Part shown: piece after piece, positions 12,302 through 23,774 of the stretch
How the letters are laid out: the number at the start of each line of letters is the position of its first letter
How positions within the stretch are numbered: the first letter of the stretch is position 1
Source of the DNA: Catajapyx aquilonaris
Taxonomy: Eukaryota
DNA: 37,080 nt
Assembly (NCBI GenBank): GCA_000934665.2
Contig: JYFJ02003835.1
Location: 1-37,080, forward strand
Direction of reading: 5' to 3'
Notes under the pieces: model-generated
Seen by the model: the letters and a program-made list of their open reading frames with translations, nothing else
Told to the model about the DNA's origin: nothing
The model's database searches: none
Position numbers and translations under genes: made by a program

Positions 12302-12665
12302 GTGACTAAGGTGTTCCAGTGTGGATCCAAGGAGTGGTGAGGCAGTTCGCAGCCTCAGAGTTCCAGTTCTCTGGGATCCCGCCCCGCCTGCCAAATCCTA
12401 GCCTTCTCCGACCTGTTTGCCCCAGGTCCTGCCCCAATTAATCTCGGGCGACTGGGGCAGCCTTAGGGGTTGGGCACGTCAACCCCTTTCAACGACAACC
12501 ATACTCCTCAGCGCGACACCTTCCCAATAAGTGCTTGCGCTGGCACCCAATCCCCTCTCCCCCGACCACCCCCACCCCCACCCCCACTCCCACCCCCAGT
12601 CCCGAAGAAGTAGAAGCAACAGCAATCCAAGCAACAACAACCTTCCCTCCTCCTCGTCCGCCAAG
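12302..12665 (+). other. 5' UTR part of the first coding exon of YPEL
   Basis: Acceptor with a branch-like CTTAAC and pyrimidine tract (TTTTGCTTTTCCTCGTTGCAG ending 12301). The 364 nt up to the start codon contain no ATG. Confidence 0.65.
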
Positions 12666-12767
12666 ATGGTCAAGACCTTCCAGGCCTACCTGCCTTCCTG
12701 CCACCGAACCTACTCCTGCATACACTGCCGGGCTCACCTCGCCAATCACGATGAGCTTATCTCTAAG
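12666..12767 (+). CDS. YPEL: Yippee-like protein (YPEL1-4 type), coding exon 1 of 4
   Basis: Kozak GCCAAGATGG; encodes [34 protein letters not shown] (first CxxC of the Yippee zinc site); donor AAG|GTAATT, phase 0. Confidence 0.97.
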
Positions 12768-13847
12768 GTAATTGTGGTCTAACTGTTAGCGACTAATACA
12801 TGGGGACATGTTGCTAATAATTAATTTGCAACAAAAAATTAATGTGAATATCAGTGGGGCAGACGTCCGTATTTCCAATGAGCTATAATCATATACATGG
12901 ACACGGCACTTGCTCTAGATGCATCCCCATCTATCCCATCTTCTGAATAATGGAGTTAGTAAGTGGCTATAAATGCACTCTCGGCTCAACACCTCTCCCT
13001 CCTCTTCTCGCTATGAAAGTCAGATGACTGGACGCTTCCTCTCAATCAGGTCGCCAACCTCGCACTTTTTTTATATATCATTTTAGTCACCCATGTCTCT
13101 CTTTTTTTTTTAATTGGGCAAGGTCATGGGGCCATGAGAATTGCTTGATTAGGACAACTGCAGTGGGTGTTTCAGGGAAATGCTCTGTAATTCCCAAGAC
13201 TGTTGAATGTGACGGGAAATTAAACACACTGCTTATTTTTTTTATAAGTTTTTTTTCCTGCTCTTTCCTTTGAAGGGATGTACAGTTGAGTCATGGGGAA
13301 GCTCTGCACTCGTACAATATTGCTAGATTTACAGATATTTGCAGATAAAAAGATACAGTGTAATGGCAAAATTGTGGCTTGCTTTAACGAATCTCGGTAG
13401 AATTGGAGCATGCAAGAAAGGGGGGTTGAGAGCGTGTTTGAGAAGCATGACGCAATATTTGGGGCAGCAAAAAGCCTCTCTCGAACGAAACTTGGGAGTT
13501 TAGATAATATTATCCAGGCGACTAATTAGTACGGAGGGAGTTGCTCATTATCAAGAGTGTCGGAAGGACTGTACGCATGAGTTAGCATCCCGGGATCTTT
13601 TTGGCTGAAATGCTCATGAAATCATTAGTGCTCTCTCGTTTGCACAATTTGTTGACACAGAATTCTGACTTCGTACACTTATAACTTGGTGAAAAGACCG
13701 GAGTTACATGCATTTACTGGGACTGTACTGAAGGAAGCACCTTGAATTAGTGCTGTTACATTGTTCATGGTTGACCGAGACATGTGGAATCCGGCTTGGA
13801 GATTATGAGATATCCAACCTGGGAATGAAGCTCTGTTATTTTCACTC

Positions 13848-13849
<2 letters not shown>

Positions 13850-13905
<56 letters not shown>
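13850..13905. repeat. (CT)n microsatellite in a YPEL intron
   Basis: Uninterrupted CT run of about 27 units. Confidence 0.97.
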
Positions 13906-13908
<3 letters not shown>

Positions 13909-14292
13909 GTAAGGAGCGCATTAAAATTTTAGGCATTGGTCTGGAAAGGGAAAAGAAAGTAAAAATTTGCAAGGAAGAGCCTGTTCCAAGGGCAGGAATT
14001 GGCCTTGTGTGAAGCCAGAAAAGAAAAATGGGTCCTAGTGTTTGTTTGGCCTTGGATTGGGTGGGAGAGGAGTTTCCTTGCAGAAAAGTGTGGGGACTTT
14101 TTCAGTTCTTTTGCCTTCGGAAGCTCCGACTTAATGTGATCGGGAGGGTTGGTTTATTGTGGCAGACTGGGACTGGGAAGTGTTTCCTAACCCGTCGGCT
14201 GGTGCGGAGGCGGGGGAAGTTTAGTATGTTCAGAGGAAAACGTGCAGATGCGTTGACAGCACGAACTGATATGTATCCCTTTTCCTTTGCAG

Positions 14293-14336
14293 TCTTTCCA
14301 AGGCAGCCAAGGCAGGGCTTACCTCTTCAATTCGGT
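14293..14336 (+). CDS. YPEL: Yippee-like protein, coding exon 2 of 4 (44 nt)
   Basis: Acceptor TTTCCTTTGCAG; encodes SFQGSQGRAYLFNS(V); donor GTAAGT at 14337, phase 2. Confidence 0.96.
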
Positions 14337-15085
14337 GTAAGTACTCAGCGGACATGACGGCAGAAGATTCTTCATCCTTGTTAGCTTATGTGCCGTGATT
14401 ATTAATTATAGGCTGATGGTGCAGTTAATTACCTCGTGATAATGCGAAGGCAATAACAATTACACAAAATTTGCGATGAATCATGTTTCTTGTTGCTGTG
14501 AGATTCGCAACAACCCAGGACCCAAACCAATTTCTGAGGAAATGAGACTTGGAAGCTCCAAGTTTATTTATCCCCATGCCAGCAGAGTGAGCTTGAAATA
14601 GCTTGCAGTTGAGGTTTTTATTTTTTGCAGGGTGGCAAAAGGGAGGAAGGACAGTTAAGGGGAGGGGGTATGCACCTGCTGGCAATGGGTTCAGAAATTC
14701 TCGTCCTGGAACGTGCGATTCTCATTCACCGGGGAGGTCAACCTCCCTCAACCCTTGCCAATGTTCTGCAGCTTCCTGTCATCCCAAACTGTAGCGATGG
14801 CCATTCGGGCTGCATATTTGTTATGTTGCTTGCGAGCGCAGTATTCTGCTTTTACATGCGAGCGATTTACCACCGATGAGACTATATTGTTACCGCAATT
14901 GTTACTTTCGCTTGCATCGCTGATAAATCGCTTGCATGTAAACGCTGCTTAATACGTAAAGGGACGGAGCATAAAATCCAGCCGGATTTTCATGCAAAAT
15001 TATCGTTACAAATTGATGGTTGATTTGTGGTCATTTGTAATCATCAGTGACTGGACATTGTTCTAATGATTTGCACTGTTTCCAG

Positions 15086-15194
15086 GGTGAACGTGGGTTG
15101 TGGACCAGCAGAGGAGAGGGTCCTCCTCACTGGACTGCATGCCGTTGCAGACATCTACTGCGAGTGTTGCAAGACCACCCTTGGATGGAAATAT
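15086..15194 (+). CDS. YPEL: Yippee-like protein, coding exon 3 of 4 (109 nt)
   Basis: Acceptor TGTTTCCAG; encodes [36 protein letters not shown] (second CxxC, GWKY motif); donor GTACGT at 15195. Confidence 0.97.
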
Positions 15195-16983
15195 GTACGT
15201 GGGTTGGAATATCCTTTTTCTGAATACGACATTCTTTAGAGAATGTTGAAAAAAGCGGACCACTTCGTAATACGTAACCCTTTTAAGAGCTTTAAAATGT
15301 GAAAGGAGATTAATAATTGCAGTTCTGCTAGCAGTGGTTCCCACACTTAGGATCAGTGACCTAAAAGAGGGTTGTGGGCACGAGGACCATGAGAAAACCT
15401 TGGGTAAATTTTTTTTTGGTTAACTGAAGACGTGCCACTGTGGGTTATCAACCTTGGTACAATCCGTATTTAAGTCTGTGATCAAAATGTTGAGACATTG
15501 TACCGTAATTTTTCCTTCTGTTGTATGGGAAGCGTGGCAGTTTGGCCATGAAGGAGACAATAGATGCGAATCCATGGTGATTAATGCACACATGCAATGC
15601 ATGTTAGCTGTCGCGTGCGTTAGTGTCACCTGGTTTTATTTTTTTCCCAATGGTGCTTATCAGTCAGGTATTTATGAGGTGCACGGGGGTTAGATCAATA
15701 TTTGAACGATATGGATGTGGGGATATGTGCAACTTGTTACGTAACACAACAAGCGGATTAGTTTGCCTCGATTGCTTTCTCTAATGACTATTCAGCAAAT
15801 TTTGGCTTCATAAGAAGCCATTCATGATTCGTATGCAGTAGATTAGCACATTCAGTTAGCTTGAACACTGCTTGCTGGAAATCATTAGTCAGTTGCTGGA
15901 AAGCGGAATAGGGTCGTTGTTCAGATGAAAAATAAAACGTCACGTGGGACAAGCGTACCCATTGGCATGTGTACAGAAGTGGGCTGATAAGTGGGGTGTT
16001 TTGCGATTGCAGCTGATGACGAGCCATTCAAAGAAATCGCAGTTGATTGTGCAGTTGTCTCAACGGGGGAGGAATGCCTTCCCTTTCTTCTAGAAATAGA
16101 CGCACGCATTGTATTCAGAAGCAAGTGCGCTAGTTACGTGTGGCCAGCTGCCAACTTGTGTTGCTCTGCTTTCGACATCCCATAGCTGGGGTGAATATCT
16201 TTGTGGGATGATATAGAATTGTTGCGGAGGATGCCAAAGTTGGGTTCAGAATCCTGCAGGGTGATGTTTGAAGGGTAGTAGTGGAATGACCTGAAATAGT
16301 TACGGCAAACTATGAAAACGCCAGCACCATATCAGCCCGCATGTAACTTTTTAAAATAATTCGGTGGAACTACAGTTGAATCCGGATATAACAGCCTTGG
16401 CTATGACACTCGAAAGGCTGGTCCCGCTATACTTCCATAAGTCCCTACGTATTTTTACTCCCAATGTAACAGACTCATTTTCACCTCACCTCGGCCATTT
16501 AACAGACCATTTCTTGATCCCTCAGTGGGAAAATATCCTGCTTTTGTTCACTCGGCTTCATTTTCCACGCGAGGAAATCATTGACTATAGGAGTGGGGAT
16601 GATTTTCGCACATGTCACTGATCTAACAGTTGCCGAAACGGTCAAAAATTTGTTTGTTTGTTTGTTTATATGACAAGAACGAGACAGCCGAATAAAGTAA
16701 CTGATTTTTTGGTCCTGCGTAATTTACGGATGAGCTAATTTGCGCATGTTGTGGATAGTTTCATGAATCAATATGCAGTAGTGTGCATTATAAACATATG
16801 GAAAGCAGTGCATTCGTCGCGGTTCCGTGGAAGTCTGACATATCCAGATTCAACGGTATTTGCTGAAAATTGAGAACTTGGCCAGGTCATTACTTTGTCG
16901 AACTGTTTATGTTTTGAAACCTGGTTATGACCATGAATTCTGTTGAATCGACATGATTTCTAATATTCACTTTCGTTTCGCAG

Positions 16984-17073
16984 GAGCATGCATTTGAGTC
17001 TAGTCAGAAGTACAAGGAGGGGAAGTACATAATCGAGCTGGCACACATGATCAAGGAGAATGGCTGGGACTGA
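16984..17073 (+). CDS. YPEL: Yippee-like protein, coding exon 4 of 4
   Basis: Acceptor TTTCGTTTCGCAG; encodes [29 protein letters not shown]. The exons sum to 345 nt (114 aa plus stop) with consistent phases. Confidence 0.97.
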   Translation, partial: EHAFESSQKYKEGKYIIELAHMIKENGWD

Positions 17074-20000
17074 GGGCGGCGGCCAATGCGGCAGCAGCAA
17101 TGCCCACGTTGTTGCCAGCCCATCATCGCCACTACCACCACCATTACCGCCGCCTCTACTGACAAGGCCTGGTCGCAGCAGCAACGGACAGAGCACCAGT
17201 GACTGTGTTGTGTCCGGGCCAGTGACAGACGAGGGCGGTGGTGCTTCATTAATGTCGTTTTCATCCACATCATTGTTGTCGTCGCCCAAACCCAAGTCAT
17301 GATCTCGCGCGCTCCCATTTTTTGCCATTTGTTGGGATCTTATGGTTTTTCACATTTTTTTGTTCCTTTTTTTTCTACTGGAAAACTATAGGAGTTTTTT
17401 TTTTTGCGTGTGCGTGTGTGGGTGGGATGGGATTGGGGGAGGGGAAATTTGTTTTGCAAACCTTGGTCACAACCTAATGAGTTGGGGTACTTAAGCAGGA
17501 TTTTAAAAATGTGTCTTGTTAATACACTACTACATCTTGAATAGTAGATGGAGCTCAATTGCTTTTTTTTTTGCGAGTGACAGTTTTGAGTTAGCTGGTT
17601 ACATGGGTATTTTTTTTTTTATCGATGTGGTTATGAGTTCAGAGGGTGGGGTCAGGGAACGGAGAGGAAGCCATCCGTAAGTTTTTTTTTTTACAGCACT
17701 AAGTGTGGCACATATTGTAAATGTTCATCATCATTGTCGTCACCTCTAACACCCCCTTACGTCCCTCTTTTCCCAACCTGTTCCTTCCCATTATATCTTC
17801 ACACAAGTGCAATTATTTTCCCCACTGTTAGGAAAAATCGACTCTTTCGTTTGAATTTTTAAAATATAAATTTGTCTTTCACTATGTGATGGTTAGGTTT
17901 TTTTTAAAAATTTTTTCGTTTATTAGTGCTAATTCAGGGCTAGTGACTTACCATTTTTTTAAAAATTGTGGCAGGAAATATTTTTTTGGACAAGTTTTTG
18001 ATTTGAACCAGACAATAAGCACAATTGCATTATTGGCTTTTTCACCTGTACTTACGCTTTGTTTTTGTTTTTTTACGGCCGTTTGATCTCCCAAACTAAT
18101 GCTCAGTCGAGGTTGCGATTGTTTCGGAAAAAAAAAATGCCCTGGTACATTTTTTTTCTTTGCCATATGCTCCTAGTGTTGTAAAAGAAAAGGCATCTAT
18201 TGAGTGAATAATAATGATAATGGGGTAGTTTGCTTCGTAGGAAATAATTCCTAGCCCTTCGACCGAATGTCCAAAAAAAAAAAAAAGGATCTATATAAAT
18301 ACACTTGGCCCTCTCATCACAAGGCGTGTTTAGACAACAAAAAAGAAGAAAAACACATAGTGTTGGGAAAAATCGATAGACTGCAATTTCAGTACAAATT
18401 GTTCTCTCAATTTTTTCGAGAGGGTGGGGAAGAAGTCATAACGTGTCGTGTTTCTCCCACCTTTTTTTTTTTTGCTTTAAAAAAATAAAGTAATGGTAAC
18501 GTAGGAGATAAGCGAGTGGAGGATTTTTTTAAAAAAAGAAGGGAAGGAATTTTTTGCCTTCACGTAGTTTGATTTATTGAGGACCAATAGTTTATTCTTT
18601 CTGACTTTCACTTAAGCGCTGTTCTTAAAAGTTAAAATAAAAAGCACTGCGGAGAACCGAGGCCGGATCAAAATTTTTGCATTTGCGAAAAATTTTAAAT
18701 GAGAATCTCAGCACTCAGATTGTATATCACTTGTAAATATTCCTAATGTTGATGGATTGTTGCGAGATGGTTAGATATTGGTATCCATGTTGAAAAATGT
18801 AATTTGGAAATGTTGAAATCCAGAAAAAAAAAGTATATAATGATGGATGTTGTAATTCGAAGCTGAATTTTTTTTCTCTCTTCAAATTAACTTGGAACAT
18901 GTACGTAATGGGATATAATCCAAGTGGTAGTTATGTCTGCTTTTTCAAAAAAAGAAACCAAAATATCGTTCACTGAAGTGTGATAATGCAGTGTCGTAAA
19001 TTTTATTATTTTATTTGAAGCTGATCAATGCATATTAAATCTCGGATTGAGTTTGAAGCAAAAACGTGCGTCTCTTCAAGACTGATTTTGGTTTTGGTTT
19101 TTACGTTTTAAATTACGTTCCGGGGTTATTTCCAAAGAAATTAAAGATATGTAGGTTCAGTCAGAAGCAGTGGGCTACACGGTAACAGAAAATTCCCCTT
19201 TACGAGAAAGAGAAAGAAAAAAACATATGGAAAAGCTTAAAAAAAAAAAAAATCAAATCAAAGTTATAGTTTTCTAAAAAGGTCTCATTTCCACATCTCC
19301 CTGCCACTCTCCCTACCCGATCGAATAGCATAATATGCCTGTCATTACAAAAAGGAAAACTGTGTTTTTGAGTGAAAGTGCACTGCTAGTTGTGACCTTA
19401 GTAGTTCTACTATTACTACTAACTAAACTACTATTATTATAGGCTCTTTTTTCTCCCCCCAGTATCCCAACCCCCCCTCGTGACCCACCCCACATTTTCC
19501 ATCCAAGTCATCGCTTTGCATTTGTACATAACGTCATCGTTTTGCTCCCCTCGTTCATTCGCTGTGGAGTGTGGGTCGGTGGAGCGACTACAGAAAGGTC
19601 TAACTCACTGTTGGACAAGGTGCTAATTGGCCGTGGGATGTGCCCATGAAATGAAAGTGCACAAGTGGGGATGAAACTCGGAAGGTTCCTGACAGTACAT
19701 GTATTTGTACAATATATGTGACGATGCGTAGAAGCCATCTGCGCACCACAGATCGTACGAGTACACAGTACGCACAATTGGACTCCGTACATTGCATCCT
19801 TTCATGGGCGCCTGGGGATAAAAATTTTCTACATTTTATTTACGTGGACGTATTTGCCGCAGAATGAAGAGTTGGACTTATTTTTTGAGATGCCTCACCG
19901 ACTCAGAAAAAATAAAAACCATCGGCCCATCCTAAAATACCCCATGGAGACATACATCCTAACATTTGCGAAAAGTGATTCCCCCCCCCCTCACCTCGTA

Positions 20001-20640
20001 CTTTTTGTCGTTTTTTTAAGCATACAAAGGACGATCATATTGTCATTTTGGAAGGTGTGTAACATGTGATATGAAGAAAGAAATGGAGAGTAAGAGAGGA
20101 TAAAAACATGCGTAGGAGTTAGATGGCTCTTACGTTTGGATTTTTAATTAATACTTAGTCGTTGGGTGTGCTGCGGACCCTTCTTCCGTTTAAGAAAAAA
20201 AAAAGTTTAATTTCGCACCCGGGTCTTACTTGTTGCGATGCTGTATTTTCGCACTGAAAAGAAATCGCAAAGTGGAACTTCCAAAAGGTACTGCTTTCAG
20301 TGTGCCAAAAAAAGACGAGTGCGATTGCTGCGAAAATTCCGCAATCGCAACAGAGTGGATCTGGGCATATTAAATGGAAGCAGAAGAGAGTCGTGTCTTC
20401 TCTGTGAACTATTCTGTACAGATCATAGCTATTTATTATTTGTACTACGGTAACGTGGCTGCAATTTCGGCGGGGAAAGCAAGCGAGACCTCCTTGACCA
20501 TTTCCTGAGCGTAATTACTCCGAAGTGATCTTGCTCATTTTCCCCGACGACATTGCGAGTCTTGACGCTGCCTCCCCCCCCCCCAAAACATCCTGTGAGT
20601 GTTTAAGGTGATTTCCACAATAAACACTTGCTAAATAAAC
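17074..20640 (+). other. Probable long 3' UTR of YPEL with alternative poly(A) signals
   Basis: Repeat-free A/T-homopolymer-rich sequence, with AATAAA near 18483 and 18636 and a pair at 20619 and 20634. The true 3' end cannot be determined from sequence alone. Confidence 0.5.
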
Positions 20641-20799
20641 GTGTCACGTTCTTTCGCAGTACTCGTTAAATGTTCCAGGAAGATGACGACATTGATTCCA
20701 ATAAGCTCGTTCGACTGACACATCGACAAATAATTGATGAGATCTGCCGTTTCATTGTGCGAATGACAAGATGCTCTCCACCCATTTTCTGCGAATGTG

Positions 20800-20805
20800 T
20801 CAGTT
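20800..20805 (+). promoter_or_regulatory. Candidate arthropod initiator (TCAGTT) for the gustatory receptor gene
   Basis: Exact Inr consensus just upstream of in-frame ATGs at 20813 and 20822. The motif is short and could occur by chance. Confidence 0.35.
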
Positions 20806-20812
20806 TGTTTGT

Positions 20813-21772
20813 ATGGCCAACATGTTTAAAACCAGGCGTAAATCAACTGTAGCTGCAATGAAACCGAGTACGTTCTGGTCTGCATACAGGCCGATGATGT
20901 GCTTGGGTGTGTTTTCCGGTCTTTTGACATACCCGGTACCTGCAGATCCGGCTGTACCTCTCAAATGGCGTACACGGTGGCCAGGTATGATCCACCTGAT
21001 CGCCGTAGCTATTATAGTGCTTGTGTTCGTATGTCGTCTGCCTCCGCATTTCGTCGAGATGTCCAAGTTCGGATCGACTGAAAAGGTTGCGGCCGTTCTG
21101 GACATTGTGGTCAACATGGGCTTCGGCTGGATCCTACTGGGCATCGTTCTGGTCAAAGCGAAGGGTGTGTGGGGAATAATGTTTGCAATATCGGATCTGA
21201 ACATGTCGCTAAACTACCCCAAGCTCCGCCGGTACGCAGTTGTGCTAGTTATCCACTGCTTGTTCATGACTGTCATGCGGGCTGCACATCCTATGACAGA
21301 CACCGTGTACTGCGAGGACCGCCGTGACTCCTTATCCGTCCTGTACATATTTGTCATATGGCACTGCTCGCTCCCTGTGTACGGCCTGATGGCGCACATT
21401 ACGTTCCTGGCGCTTGTCCTATCCGAAGTACTGAAAGCGATCAATCGAGATGTACATGAAGTGTGTGCCAGGTTGTGTACTGCACACTTTGGCGAGAATG
21501 AGATTAAGATGAAGTTCAAATTGCAACAGTTGTCAGCTAGTTTGCAATCTGCTTACGATGTAGTCGATGACATATCTCGCACATTCGGGTTACCGCTAGT
21601 CTTCATGTACTTGACAATCGTGGTGACAATTACGAGCACACTATTTTTCTTCAGCATGTCAGGTTGTGCAGGAACGGGAGCGATTCAATGCTCTAAGGAC
21701 ATATCCATCGTGACATGTGAGATCATGTCGATCGGTACATTCACAGTCATCCTAGGCGCCATACCGCAACAT
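20813..21772 (+). CDS. Gustatory receptor (7tm_7 chemoreceptor family), exon 1 of 3; start could be 20771, 20795, 20813, 20822 or 20858
   Basis: Long ORF with about six hydrophobic segments, the N-terminal RPMMCLGVFSGLLTY pattern and DDISRTFGLPLVF, both typical of Grs; phase-0 donor CAT|GTAATT at 21773. Confidence 0.88.
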
Positions 21773-21830
21773 GTAATTACACTGCTTCAAGAGTTAATGC
21801 GACACGCACTAAGCGCTCTGTACGTTCCAG

Positions 21831-21989
21831 GCAACAACGTCGCTGAAGAACCTGATCAGAGTGCGTGAACTGGAGAAATGTTTCCATTGCAAAGCGCAGG
21901 TGACAGGTCTGATCCAAAAGATGAGCGGTCCTCCGGTTCAGATCACGGCGGCCGACTTCTTCGCTATCAACCGACATCTCGTGACAACC
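21831..21989 (+). CDS. Gustatory receptor, exon 2 of 3
   Basis: Follows a 58-nt intron (branch-like CACTAAG, acceptor TTCCAG). Encodes ATTSLKNL...QITAADFFAINRHLVTT, matching the Gr TA.gfF.in motif; donor GTAAGT at 21990. Confidence 0.88.
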
Positions 21990-22040
21990 GTAAGTGCATT
22001 GTACGACATACATAACTTGTACATTACACAATTGTTTCAG

Positions 22041-22142
22041 ATTGCAGGTGCTGTGACCACGTATCTTATTATCCTGGCGCAATTCAAAGGAGCGGAGCAT
22101 CGCACTGGAGGAACGACAAGTACAGCAGGTCCATGGGGATGA
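22041..22142 (+). CDS. Gustatory receptor, exon 3 of 3
   Basis: Follows a 51-nt intron (acceptor TGTTTCAG). Encodes IAGAVTTYLIILAQF...PWG*, containing the TYhhhhhQF signature of the Gr family. Confidence 0.92.
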   Translation: MAGAVTTYLIILAQFKGAEHRTGGTTSTAGPWG

Positions 22143-23774
22143 ATTTGTCATGACAATCCAAAGTACCTACTACATGTTATGTTCACATGTATGGTCAGGT
22201 ATGGTGTAATCCAGACTTGTACATATACATATTGTAGTACGTATGGTGTACTGAACATATGAAATTTTATGTAATTTTTTTAATTCATTTACTGTGCCGG
22301 TCCTTGCTGTGCAGGATCTTTTGGTGTAAATTGCTGCATAATTTGCCTCTTAAAAAATTAGGTGGATCCGCCCAATGTTATTACACAATTTCAGGAAGCA
22401 TTACTGCACCATGGGGCACACCATGGAAGCATAATTACTGGGGTAATTAAATATGAATTTATTCAGTAATTTTTTTGGAACATTCTGTCCATCAATTTTG
22501 ATGATCTTCACTCGACCAATCCGGACCCGAGATTTCCATCACGTGATCATAGAGTAGCAAGATGGCCGCCTTCTGACTCGGCTTCATCTGGTGTGTGCGC
22601 GCGCATCCAACCCGGCCTGGTGAGTGGATGAAGTTAAACGTGATTTGTAAAATAGCGGCGATTGTGTAGTTGTTGCCATAAGGACTATGCTTGAAGCGAT
22701 TTCCCAGTTGAAATCACTGCGATGCGACAAGTGTCCTTTGACGGCGTTCCTTTTTCCCGCCCGCCCTCTTCTTCCTGTTGCTGCCGACCCGTGCGGACGT
22801 CTGAAGTTCCGCCCCTGGTTCTGCCCCGAGCTGTGCCCCCAGGTGAGTCCCGGTGTGTCCCTAGGGTGTTCTTGGATATGTGGGAAGCCCATAGGGAACG
22901 GGTGTGAAGGGGGTTCGGTCTAGGGAGGACAAGTTCGGACTTGTTCTATGGCCAAGTTGCACACGGGCGCCTCTCGCGGCCAAATTTGGCCTGCCATCAA
23001 CATGGTGGCCTTATATGTGCAGAGGCGGGATGTCACCAAGATCTGCCCCGGGGCCAGACCCCCAGACGCGAGCAAGCAGAGGCCAACAAGAGCAGGGATA
23101 GGAAAGTCCCGCTTCTTCACATGCCGCCATTTTTATGGAAGGCCAAATTGGTCAATTGGCTGGGGCAGGTGGAGGGTTGAGGGAATTGGGGGTCCAAATG
23201 GGCAAGGAAATGTGGGGGTCCGTTGCAATGCAGATGGTAATTGTAGGGTGCAGAGTTTCGTGTCATTGCTGCTCGTTTTTTGAGGGAGCAGCCACGGTAA
23301 TTGTAGGGTTATTACACGGTAGGTCGGCATGATTATACAGCCAGTTGCAGCAGCTCTAACATAGCTAAAATCAGGCTGTAAAAAGATCCAAGCATGCAAA
23401 ATTGGTACAGAACAAAAGCCGAATGAAAATGTGGCGGCGAGAGACAATTAGTTGCAGTTTATTGTCACAATAGGCTGTAAACTAACGTGCTATGCTTTTG
23501 CAGACACGCCTCAACATGAAGCGCGAGAAAGGACTGCATGCCATGGCATCTTCGCAGAAAAGGCGAGCATCTGGGTATGGATCTGCGAGCCTGGAATCGT
23601 GCTGCTGGAGGATGCCATGGAAGCTAACAACTTGGCGGATGAAGCACAGATTAACAGGTTAGTTTTAATTGAACCGGTATTGTGCCGCATGATCACATAC
23701 TGAATGCGGATGAAATTTCTTTCTGATATTGTACGTCAGTTTTTTGTGACCCCGTAAATACAAGGGAATAAAAT

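Noticed and set aside
16960..17328. Antisense ORFs of 122 and 104 aa over YPEL exon 4
   Set aside because: Expected shadows of a coding exon plus a GC-rich triplet-repeat block.
18732..19530. Two Pumilio-type TGTAHATA motifs in the YPEL 3' region
   Set aside because: Two hits in about 3.5 kb of AT-rich sequence are not clearly above chance without conservation data.
20771..21868. Treating the 365-aa ORF as the complete receptor
   Set aside because: It lacks TM7; the TYLIILAQF motif is reached only by splicing at 21773-21830.
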